From assembly GCA_964564625.1 (NCBI GenBank), contig CAZMBE010000004.1:51615-115614 (forward strand): DNA of 64,000 bases, read 5' to 3'. This DNA is from an uncultured Syntrophaceae bacterium (GTDB lineage Bacteria > Desulfobacterota > Syntrophia > Syntrophales > UBA2185). A program made the position numbers and the translations under genes. The notes below the pieces were generated by a model that ran no database searches, had not been told where the DNA came from, and worked only from the letters and a program-made list of their open reading frames with translations. Within the stretch, counting starts at the first letter, position 1. Every line of letters begins with the position of its first letter. Positions 26,127-33,738 of this stretch are shown one piece after another.

Positions 26127-27506
26127 TTATTGGCCAATTTTAAATCTCTTTAATTTTTCAACAAAGGTTGTTCTGTTTATATTAAGTAGTTTTGCAGCTT
26201 TGTTTTTTGCTCCCCCGGCTTTTTCCAGAGCCCTAGCAAGCAAGTCCTTTTCGAAGCTGTCAATGAGGGCATTTAAGTCAAGGCCGTCATCCGTTATTTC
26301 TATACCGTTAATTTCATGTAGCTTAGGAGAAGATATTGCTATTTTATCAGGAAGGTCTGCAACTTCTATATTCCCCTCTTCCTTCAATACGACAATCATT
26401 TCTATCAGATTCTCTAACTCTCTCACATTTCCTGGCCAGGGATACTTCAGCAGATATTCCATTGCTTCAGGAACTATTCTATCCACTGTCTTTCTCTTTG
26501 ATTTATTAAACTTTCTCAAGAAATGGTTAGCCAAAATCGGAATATCAACCTTTCTCTCCCTCAGAGGGGGGAGATGGACAGGTATGACATTAATGCGGTA
26601 AAAAAGATCTTCCCGAAATCTCTTCTCTTCTATCGCTTTTTGCAAATCCTGGTTTGTTGCAGCAATAATTCTTACATCAACCTGCAGGGTCTTGACACCC
26701 CCGATGCGCTCAAATTCTTTTTCCTGCAATACCCTTAAGACCTTCACCTGCAAGGCAGGACTCATATCCCCGATTTCATCAAGAAATATCGTCCCACCAT
26801 TGGCCAATTCAAATCTGCCGATTCTTGTGCGGATCGCACCCGTAAACGCACCTTTTTCATGACCGAACAATTCACTTTCGAGAAGTTCTCCCGGAATAGC
26901 CCCGCAGTTTACCGCAACAAGAGGAGCATTGTTTCTCTCGCTGTTGAAATGTATCGCCCTGGCAACAAGTTCTTTGCCTGTACCACTTTCTCCGAATATC
27001 ATGACCGTGCTATCTGAAGAAGCGACCTTTTCGATTGTATCAAAGATCTTTTTCATGCCATCACTGTAACCGATCATTTTGTCGAAATCGAATTTTCTTT
27101 TCAAATTTTTCTTGAGGGCAATATTTTCATTTCTGAGTTTCGCATAGGATAGTGCCCTTTCGATTGTCAGCGTGACAAGATCATCCTTCAGTGGCTTTGT
27201 GATGAAGTCAAAAGCACCAAGTTTCATAGCTGCTACGGCTGTATTGATGGTACCGTAACCAGTAGTAAGAATAACAATACTTTCAGGATTAATTTCTCGG
27301 ATAAACTCTAAAAGCTGGAGACCATCCACATTTGGCATCTTTAAATCGGTAACGACCAGGTCATATTTGTCTTCAATAAAGGCATCCCTAGCCTGCCTGC
27401 CATCTTCAACTGCCCTTACCTCATAGCCACAATTTCTCAGTAATTCGGCAAGATTCTCCCTGCTTAATTCATGGTCCTCAGCCAATAATATTTTGGGATT
27501 TTTCAT
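26127..27506 (-). CDS. Second sigma-54-dependent response regulator (REC + AAA+ GAFTGA + HTH) with no adjacent kinase
   Basis: 459 aa. REC domain with DLVVTDLKMPNVDG. Walker A GESGTGKE and GAFTGA loop HEKGAFTGA. The C-terminal HTH reads AKNKAAKLLNINRTTFVEKL. Confidence 0.92.
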   Translation of the reverse strand: MKNPKILLAEDHELSRENLAELLRNCGYEVRAVEDGRQARDAFIEDKYDLVVTDLKMPNVDGLQLLEFIREINPESIVILTTGYGTINTAVAAMKLGAFDFITKPLKDDLVTLTIERALSYAKLRNENIALKKNLKRKFDFDKMIGYSDGMKKIFDTIEKVASSDSTVMIFGESGTGKELVARAIHFNSERNNAPLVAVNCGAIPGELLESELFGHEKGAFTGAIRTRIGRFELANGGTIFLDEIGDMSPALQVKVLRVLQEKEFERIGGVKTLQVDVRIIAATNQDLQKAIEEKRFREDLFYRINVIPVHLPPLRERKVDIPILANHFLRKFNKSKRKTVDRIVPEAMEYLLKYPWPGNVRELENLIEMIVVLKEEGNIEVADLPDKIAISSPKLHEINGIEITDDGLDLNALIDSFEKDLLARALEKAGGAKNKAAKLLNINRTTFVEKLKRFKIGQ

Positions 27507-27657
27507 AAATTATTCTTTAAGACACCACTCTTTTAAGACGATATAATAAATAGAGTTTGTTAATTGGGGTGAATATGAACAAAAAATTCGCCAATAGTCA
27601 ATCAAAATATTTGAAACTTTTGCGTAAAATATGAACATTATTTTAGGAAAAAACAGT

Positions 27658-27684
27658 TAAAGTTATGCAATTTTTATCCGATAA
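27658..27684 (+). promoter_or_regulatory. Sigma-28 (FliA)-type promoter
   Basis: Reads TAAA-N15-TCCGATAA (TAAAgttatgcaatttttaTCCGATAA), against the consensus TAAA-N15-GCCGATAA. It lies 43 nt upstream of the 71-aa ORF. Confidence 0.7.
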
Positions 27685-27726
27685 ATTAAATGAAGAAGGT
27701 TAATAAAGGTATTATGGAGTTGAACT

Positions 27727-27942
27727 ATGACGATCTCATCATATCAGATCGACAATATACTGAAGGCATATAGTAAACAGAACAAGGTCAAGCCCTCAAC
27801 ATCACTGCAAATGGACCCTCTACAGGGAGAAAAGTATGTCGACGTCGTTACAATCGACACAACAGAGAAAACGGCCGTGTATGACAAAATTTCCTACAGC
27901 CTGATGGATATTCTTACCAAAACCAAAAAAAATGATGTCTAA
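27727..27942 (+). CDS. Small hypothetical protein (71 aa) behind the sigma-28-type promoter
   Basis: GGAG lies 8 nt before the ATG. The ORF ends 12 nt before the HD-GYP gene. No family was recognised from the sequence MTISSYQIDNILKAYSKQNK... Confidence 0.6.
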   Translation: MTISSYQIDNILKAYSKQNKVKPSTSLQMDPLQGEKYVDVVTIDTTEKTAVYDKISYSLMDILTKTKKNDV

Positions 27943-27954
27943 GAGTCATATCCC

Positions 27955-29454
27955 ATGTCCTATTCTATAGATAATGCACACGATCAGGTAAGTCTGCAAC
28001 CAATCAATACTATTATCGCGAAAAAACAATCCATACTGGTCGTCGATGATGATTCAGCCACAAGATCACTTGTGGTCGATGCGATAGGACAGTCTGGAAA
28101 TTACACGGTAACTGAGGCATGTGATGGTGTCGAAGGGCTCAAAAAGATCAGTGAAAATTGTTTCGACCTTGTTATATGCGACGTTATGATGCCTGGTATG
28201 AATGGCATGGATCTTCTCGACAGAATCAGAGAAATTGATCCGACAACGTACGCAATTCTCATTACTGCGTATCCAACTATTGATCTCACCGTCTCAGCAA
28301 TGAAGACAGGCGCCGTAGATTTTCTATCGAAACCATTTAATATTGATGACCTTATATACAAAGTAGATGTTTATTTAAGGGCAAAAGCCATGATGGTTGA
28401 AGACGGTAACCAACTTCAATCCTCAGCTTTAAGCAATAAAATAAATGACCTATCAACTCGAAATTATATCTATGACACTATTGAGCACACAAAAAACAAT
28501 GACGAAATCTTTCAGGAAATGGTCAACTTGGCCATCAAGGTTATCGGTGGGGAGATGTGTTCTATCCTGCTTCATGACAAAGATAATCAGGAATTTGCTC
28601 CCATTGTTGTAAAGGGGGTATCGCAGGCTTTTTTCAAAAATATAATGATACCATCGCTTTACTCTTTCCTTAAAGAAACTGTTCGCAGGAAAGAACCTTT
28701 GCTCATGAATCTTATCGATAATGCAGTATTTTCATCTGTTATCTGCGCCCCATTAAAAATGAGAGGACAGGTTTTCGGTGTTATCGTTCTTTCAGGAAAA
28801 AGTAACGAAAATGTTTATACAGAAAGGGATCTTTATTATGTTCAGAGTATCGCGAACAGGGGATCCCTTAATATTGAAAACAGGCTTCTCTATGAAAGCT
28901 TGTATACGAATCTCTTAAGAACCTTTCAATCCCTCGCTAAATCGATCCAGGCACGCGATCACTATACCGAAGAGCACTCCGTAAGAGTTATGAATCTTGC
29001 CGTCAAAATCGCAGAAGCCATGGATTGCACTTCCGGAGAAATAGAATCTTTGCGTATAGCCTCAACTCTGCATGATGTAGGAAAGATCGCAATACCGGAT
29101 AACATACTGCTGAAACCAGGCAGACTCACAGACGAAGAGTTCGATATTATTAAGAATCATGCCGTCATCGGAGAAAATATTCTGAAGCCGCTTCCGATCT
29201 TAGACACAGAACGGTTAATAATCCGGCATCATCATGAGCGGTGGGACGGCAAAGGCTACCCTGATGGACTCTGTGGATCTGAAATCCCTTTTCTTTCCAG
29301 AATTCTGACTGCCGTGGATTCCTATGATGCCATGACCAATAACCGCCCATACAGAAAGGCAATGGAGATAAAGGAGGCTCTCGACGAGTTAAAAAGAAAC
29401 ATTCATCGTCAGTTTGATAAAGAAATAGTTAACTGCTTCATCAGTATCCTATAA
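27955..29454 (+). CDS. Response regulator with REC-GAF-HD-GYP architecture (putative c-di-GMP phosphodiesterase, RpfG-like)
   Basis: 499 aa. REC domain (DLVICDVMMPGMNGMDLL...SKPF). Central GAF-like region. HD-GYP motifs HDVGKIAIPD and HHHERWDGKGYPDGL. Confidence 0.9.
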   Translation: MSYSIDNAHDQVSLQPINTIIAKKQSILVVDDDSATRSLVVDAIGQSGNYTVTEACDGVEGLKKISENCFDLVICDVMMPGMNGMDLLDRIREIDPTTYAILITAYPTIDLTVSAMKTGAVDFLSKPFNIDDLIYKVDVYLRAKAMMVEDGNQLQSSALSNKINDLSTRNYIYDTIEHTKNNDEIFQEMVNLAIKVIGGEMCSILLHDKDNQEFAPIVVKGVSQAFFKNIMIPSLYSFLKETVRRKEPLLMNLIDNAVFSSVICAPLKMRGQVFGVIVLSGKSNENVYTERDLYYVQSIANRGSLNIENRLLYESLYTNLLRTFQSLAKSIQARDHYTEEHSVRVMNLAVKIAEAMDCTSGEIESLRIASTLHDVGKIAIPDNILLKPGRLTDEEFDIIKNHAVIGENILKPLPILDTERLIIRHHHERWDGKGYPDGLCGSEIPFLSRILTAVDSYDAMTNNRPYRKAMEIKEALDELKRNIHRQFDKEIVNCFISIL

Positions 29455-29547
29455 TGGTGGAGGACAAGGAAGACGTCGCTCGTCCGCAACCTTCACAGAG
29501 TCCATCTTCTCACATATCACTTCAAAAAGATCTTTTTCAAAGACCCC

Positions 29548-30681
29548 TTATTTCCGCTTTTTCTTCTTCTTAGGAAACACCTGATTACTCTTGTAAATGA
29601 AACTTCCCGGATAATTTCTATCAATATCATTGTTCTGCATATACTTCAGAGCATCTTCACGGCTCGTGAAATGACCTATTAATATTCTATACAGAGTTTC
29701 TTTACCCTTTAGATTCATCTCAGACCAATGGGCATCGATGCCTTCTTCTCTGAGCATTTTTGTATACTCTTTCGCCATTTCAAGGTTCCGAATCAATTTG
29801 ACCTGTATCGCAAATGGTTTCTGTACCCCAAACCGAACATTTTTTGATTTTTCCTGTTTAAATCCGGCATTTCTTTTCAATGTAACCGGAGAAACTTTTC
29901 TCTCTGCACTTCCGAAAGTCTCCGGTTTAGTCAGTTTTGCCTTCGGGACTTCTTTACCGGAAATATCCGGTTTAGTCGGTTCTGCCTTTGGGATTTCTTT
30001 ACCCGTTCCGGCGATGTTCTCCGTATCAATTTTTTGCAATGTATCCGGTTTAAGTAATTCTTCTCCGCTAATCTCTTTCGCAATCCTTGTGGCGCTTACG
30101 GCATCAACACTTTGAGAAGAGGTTATCTCTCTGACAATTCCCAGGCCAACATCACGATTGATGTGAGCCCATATAGCCCCAGCTTTTTTACTATTCATGC
30201 GCAGCATAATCTCGGCAGCCATTTTTCTATCCATTTTTTCAAATATAATCGCCGCTTTTTCGGGAGGAGTGGCTTCGTACATTTTTGCCAGTGCTTTGTA
30301 TTTGTTATCCATCTCCACTTTTCGAACCTCCAGGGGAGGTGACATTTTTTCCTCCAGAGCCCTAAGCGCCTCCATATCCTCCGTAACTTCCATTTTTAAG
30401 GTATCAATCTTTCTCTCTTCTTCTTTAAGCGCTTTCTCGCGTGTATCAAGTTGTTGTTTCCTTTCCTGAAGATTCTTCATAAGGCCGGTTTCGTGATCCG
30501 AAGGAGCTTTCACTTCATCCTTTACGGATTCTGCACCTGTGGACCCGGTTTGTGCGAATAAACTCTCTATAGGCACATAAACATTGTGAGAACCGTATAA
30601 CACGATGTCAGTCACATGGAAATACATTATCATCATGAGAGATATCACTATTCCGCGCATAAGAGTGATCATTTTTTTCAT
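29548..30681 (-). CDS. Membrane-anchored MgtE_N-domain protein fused to a C-terminal SPOR domain
   Basis: The ATG at 30681 (MKKMITLMRG...) is preferred over the TTG at 30699. The protein has a TM segment, a coiled coil, and YKALAKMYEATPPEKAAIIFEKMDRKMAAEIMLRMNSKKAGAIWAHI, a paralog of the domain in gene 13763-14344. A 15-aa repeat occurs twice. The SPOR-like C-terminus reads FAIQVKLIRNLEMAKEYTKMLREEGIDAHW...LYRILIGHFTSREDALKY. Confidence 0.75.
   Translation of the reverse strand: MKKMITLMRGIVISLMMIMYFHVTDIVLYGSHNVYVPIESLFAQTGSTGAESVKDEVKAPSDHETGLMKNLQERKQQLDTREKALKEEERKIDTLKMEVTEDMEALRALEEKMSPPLEVRKVEMDNKYKALAKMYEATPPEKAAIIFEKMDRKMAAEIMLRMNSKKAGAIWAHINRDVGLGIVREITSSQSVDAVSATRIAKEISGEELLKPDTLQKIDTENIAGTGKEIPKAEPTKPDISGKEVPKAKLTKPETFGSAERKVSPVTLKRNAGFKQEKSKNVRFGVQKPFAIQVKLIRNLEMAKEYTKMLREEGIDAHWSEMNLKGKETLYRILIGHFTSREDALKYMQNNDIDRNYPGSFIYKSNQVFPKKKKKRK
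29921..30010. repeat. 45-nt tandem repeat, two copies, inside the MgtE_N-SPOR gene
   Basis: The units are tccggtttagtcagttttgccttcgggacttctttaccggaaata and tccggtttagtcggttctgcctttgggatttctttacccgttccg. They encode GKE(I/V)PKA..TKP...G twice. Confidence 0.85.
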
Positions 30682-31043
30682 GTGTGTTTCCTTTATCAAT
30701 GATACCCCATAATAAACTACTCCAATATTGCGCTAATACATGATTTCATCTCGGCAAGCAACGTCTTTTCTGTATGCTCAATGAGGACATGTAAAAAGGA
30801 GTCTATCTCCTAAATCTTTGAGTCTCATTAACCTCATTCGCATTTACCTTGACAATCTCAATAAGTAATTATAATGATATGCTGTAAGTGTATCAAATAA
30901 TTAGATGAAGCACTCGTGGCAAGACACACTTTTTTCAAATTTTCAATGAATGTGAATAAACAACAAAAAAAATTCACCGTTATCATAATTCAGGACGAGA
31001 GACTGTTGTGTTCCTTCAAGTTTCCTGTGAACTTTTTTAAAAT

Positions 31044-31559
31044 ATGCCTTTTGCAGTTATCGGTGTGATAATTCTCTTCTCTGCGACAATTCTGCTTCAT
31101 AACAAAACGAATAATTCAAACAAAGAAGAACTTATAATCAAGACCGAAACCCAAGACAAACCACCCGAAACAAAAAATCATGACAATGAAATCAGCATTG
31201 CTGCCGTAAATTCTTACAACCTCTTTATAGAAGATTTCAGATCACATTTTGACTTTAGAAGAAAATTATTCCGCTACTCATTTCTGATAAGAAACAAAGA
31301 TTCAAAAAATGCCACGACTTCGGGTTACATCTTCGTTATCCTGAAATCAGAGGGCCTTGGGCCGGACCAGTGGCTGCCGGAGCCGCAAACTACTCTCACC
31401 AACGGAGTGCCGCAAAACTTTAAAGATGGTGATCCTTTTTCCATCACTAAACATAAAGTCATAACCAAAGATATTTCTACGCAGCATATTTATGATTCTG
31501 CTTCAATATTTGTTTTTTCCAATGACGGTAAACGTATACTGGAAAAAAATTCAGCTTGA
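31044..31559 (+). CDS. Hypothetical single-pass membrane protein (171 aa), possibly the 3' part of a frameshifted longer gene
   Basis: N-terminal TM segment MPFAVIGVIILFSATILL. There is no SD sequence. A 40-codon ORF (30946-31068) in another frame encodes the expected cytoplasmic N-terminus. See findings. Confidence 0.5.
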   Translation: MPFAVIGVIILFSATILLHNKTNNSNKEELIIKTETQDKPPETKNHDNEISIAAVNSYNLFIEDFRSHFDFRRKLFRYSFLIRNKDSKNATTSGYIFVILKSEGLGPDQWLPEPQTTLTNGVPQNFKDGDPFSITKHKVITKDISTQHIYDSASIFVFSNDGKRILEKNSA

Positions 31560-31597
31560 AAAATTGATTCAGGTGGTAAATAAGGGAGCACTAACCA

Positions 31598-31951
31598 TTG
31601 AGTAACAGAAAAGATAATATTTCTATAATAAACAGCACCAGCAAGATTGAAGGGATGCTGAATTTTAAAGGGCATCTTATCATTGAAGGCGCCATAGAAG
31701 GAACAATCCTTGCGGAAACCGTTTTTACAGAAAGAGATAGTCGGGTTACGGCGAACATAAAAGCAACTTCCCTCACAATAGCCGGATTTTTTCAAGGAGA
31801 CATTGAGGTTGCTGATACATTAACAATCGTAAAGACAGCGGACGTGAAAAGTCAGATTAGGTGTTGCAAGTTAATTATAGATGAAGGAGGACGTTTAAAT
31901 GGAAGTGTTAAATTTATCTCTTCAGAAAGTCTTCCCAACAGCCCCCCTTGA
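31598..31951 (+). CDS. Bactofilin (DUF583 polymer-forming cytoskeletal protein)
   Basis: 117 aa. The TTG start has a TAAGGGAG RBS. The beta-helical repeat pattern reads IEGMLNFKGHLIIEGAIEGTILAETVF...VTANIKATSLTIAGFFQGDIEVADTLTI...IRCCKLIIDEGGRLNGSV. Confidence 0.85.
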   Translation: MSNRKDNISIINSTSKIEGMLNFKGHLIIEGAIEGTILAETVFTERDSRVTANIKATSLTIAGFFQGDIEVADTLTIVKTADVKSQIRCCKLIIDEGGRLNGSVKFISSESLPNSPP

Positions 31952-32114
31952 TTGGAAAATCTAACCTATCTCAAAAGAAGAATCTTCATACTATTGCCAG
32001 CACGCTGTGATGTTTTTCTATTGTATCTGTTCAATGCTGATTTGACAGATGTTCTCTATCATCATTATAGTTAAAAAATTATGGTAAACTAAATACAAAT
32101 AGTGGTATCGTAAT

Positions 32115-32142
32115 AAAAGAGACCTTTTCATAAGGTCTTTTT
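32115..32142 (+). terminator. Rho-independent terminator after the bactofilin gene
   Basis: Reads AAAAGAGACCTT-ttcat-AAGGTCTTTTT. The A-tract and T-tract flanks could make it bidirectional. Confidence 0.65.
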
Positions 32143-32176
32143 CAGGAGTGAAGTTTCCCCGGACTCCCGTTGAACC

Positions 32177-32196
32177 GAGACCTTGTATAAGGTCTC
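32177..32196 (+). other. Second copy of the same hairpin (GAGACCTT-gtat-AAGGTCTC) in the 5' UTR of the S41 peptidase gene
   Basis: Perfect 8-bp stem with a tetraloop. It ends 20 nt before the ATG and 9 nt before the GGAGG RBS. The stem sequence is identical to that of the terminator 58 nt upstream. Confidence 0.6.
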
Positions 32197-32215
32197 AATG
32201 TATTTGGAGGTTTAA

Positions 32216-33523
32216 ATGAAAAATTTCTTACATACGAAAGTGCTCTTATTATTGTGCTTCATTACCTGTGTGTTCCTACTCAGCCTTCAGGCAGATTCCC
32301 AGGTATCGGCGGCACTGGACAGGAGCATCTACAACAATCTCAAAACATTTAATGAAGTGCTTGATATGGTACAGAAAAACTACGTCGAGCAGGTAGAATC
32401 AAAAAAACTTATCGAAGGAGCGATCAATGGAATGATGAAGTCACTGGATCCCCACAGTACTTACATGACTTCAGATATGTACAAAGAACTGGAGGTGGAA
32501 ACACGGGGAAGTTTTGGGGGTATAGGTATTGAAATAACCATTAAGAAAGATGTCTTGACCGTTGTTTCACCCATCGAGGATACCCCTGCATTCCTCGCAG
32601 GCATAAAAGCCGGTGATCAGATTATACAGATTGACGGAAAATCCACCAAAGATATTACGATAATGGAAGCAGTAAAAAAATTGCGAGGGCCGAAGGACAC
32701 AAAGGTTACCATAACGATTATGCGGGAAAAAATGCCTAAGCCGAAAGATTACACGATTACAAGGGATGTCATAAAGATAAGAAGCATTAAATCAAAGGTC
32801 TATGATGATCATATAGGATATATAAGGGTCGCTTCGTTCCAGGAGAGAACTTCAGATGACTTGAAGAAAGAACTAAAAAATATCACAGTGAAAAACGGAG
32901 TCCTCAAAGGCTTGATCATAGATTTAAGGAACAACCCCGGCGGATTATTAAATCAGGCAGTAGGAGTTGCCGATGTCTTTCTGAAATCAGGTATTATCGT
33001 ATCCACAAAGGGAAGAACAAAAAGCATGGAAACCAAGTCGATGGCAAAGAACGATGGTGATGAGCCAACATGCCCCATTGTCGCTCTGGTCAATGAAGGC
33101 ACCGCCAGTGCCGCTGAGATTGTGTCAGGCGCTCTTCAAGATAACAGGAGAGCATTGGTAGTCGGAACACAAACCTTCGGGAAGGGGTCCGTACAAACGG
33201 TAATCCCTCTTGAGGGTGGAGCGGCCTTGAAGTTAACCACAGCTAAGTATTACACGCCAAATGGACGATCAATCCAGGCTGAGGGGATAGCGCCGGATAT
33301 TATCGTGAAACATATAAGACCCGCTGAGGATAAGGAATCAACAGATGATTTCGTCAGGGAACGGGATCTTAGGGGTCATATAGAGCCGAAAAAGGAAAAT
33401 AATTCACACAGAGAAGAATCATTGAAAAAAGATAAGGACCCTTTAAGCCAGGATAATCAATTAAAGAGCGCGATAGATATCATCAAGAGCTGGGATATTA
33501 TGAAGAAGAATTTGAAAAGTTAG
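32216..33523 (+). CDS. ctpA: Carboxy-terminal processing peptidase (S41 family, PDZ domain)
   Basis: 435 aa with a signal peptide. PDZ region (GGIGIEITIKKDVLTVVSPIEDTPAFLAGIKAGDQIIQIDG). S41 core (IIDLRNNPGGLL, SASAAEIVSGALQD, TFGKGSVQ). Confidence 0.92.
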   Translation: MKNFLHTKVLLLLCFITCVFLLSLQADSQVSAALDRSIYNNLKTFNEVLDMVQKNYVEQVESKKLIEGAINGMMKSLDPHSTYMTSDMYKELEVETRGSFGGIGIEITIKKDVLTVVSPIEDTPAFLAGIKAGDQIIQIDGKSTKDITIMEAVKKLRGPKDTKVTITIMREKMPKPKDYTITRDVIKIRSIKSKVYDDHIGYIRVASFQERTSDDLKKELKNITVKNGVLKGLIIDLRNNPGGLLNQAVGVADVFLKSGIIVSTKGRTKSMETKSMAKNDGDEPTCPIVALVNEGTASAAEIVSGALQDNRRALVVGTQTFGKGSVQTVIPLEGGAALKLTTAKYYTPNGRSIQAEGIAPDIIVKHIRPAEDKESTDDFVRERDLRGHIEPKKENNSHREESLKKDKDPLSQDNQLKSAIDIIKSWDIMKKNLKS

Positions 33524-33738
33524 CATTTAGGATACATGAGGGTGGCAATGCGCGATGAGGACAAAGAATACATTCAACCGTGAGCTTTTTCTTCGCCTTT
33601 GCTGAAGAATGGGAAGAGATGCCATCTTTGCCAGCGTGAACGATCAGCAATCCAGCGGCAATGTCATATAAAGCTGGGGGCTATTCTCTATATGAATAGA
33701 ACTTTTATTGGAATAAATAATTTTTAAGATACATTCCC

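Noticed and set aside
29524-29537. Palindrome AAAAAGATCTTTTT between convergent genes as a terminator
   Set aside because: The stem is pure A/T apart from the central GATC and has no loop, so it would not form a stable terminator hairpin. It may be only a Dam/GATC-type palindrome or chance.
30849-30875. TTGACA ... TATAAT sigma-70-like promoter upstream of the 30946/31044 ORFs
   Set aside because: Both hexamers are perfect, but the spacer is only 15 nt. The alternative -10 element TAATGA at 17 nt is weak. It is not reported as a feature; it may still be functional.
31030-31046. Programmed -1 ribosomal frameshift on the TTTTTTAAAA run
   Set aside because: In the upstream frame the codons are AAC-TTT-TTT-AAA. 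A -1 slip from there lands on TAA, so the frame-B window opens only at 31041. There is no X-XXY-YYZ heptamer in register and no obvious downstream stimulatory structure. A simple 1-nt indel or sequencing error is more parsimonious.
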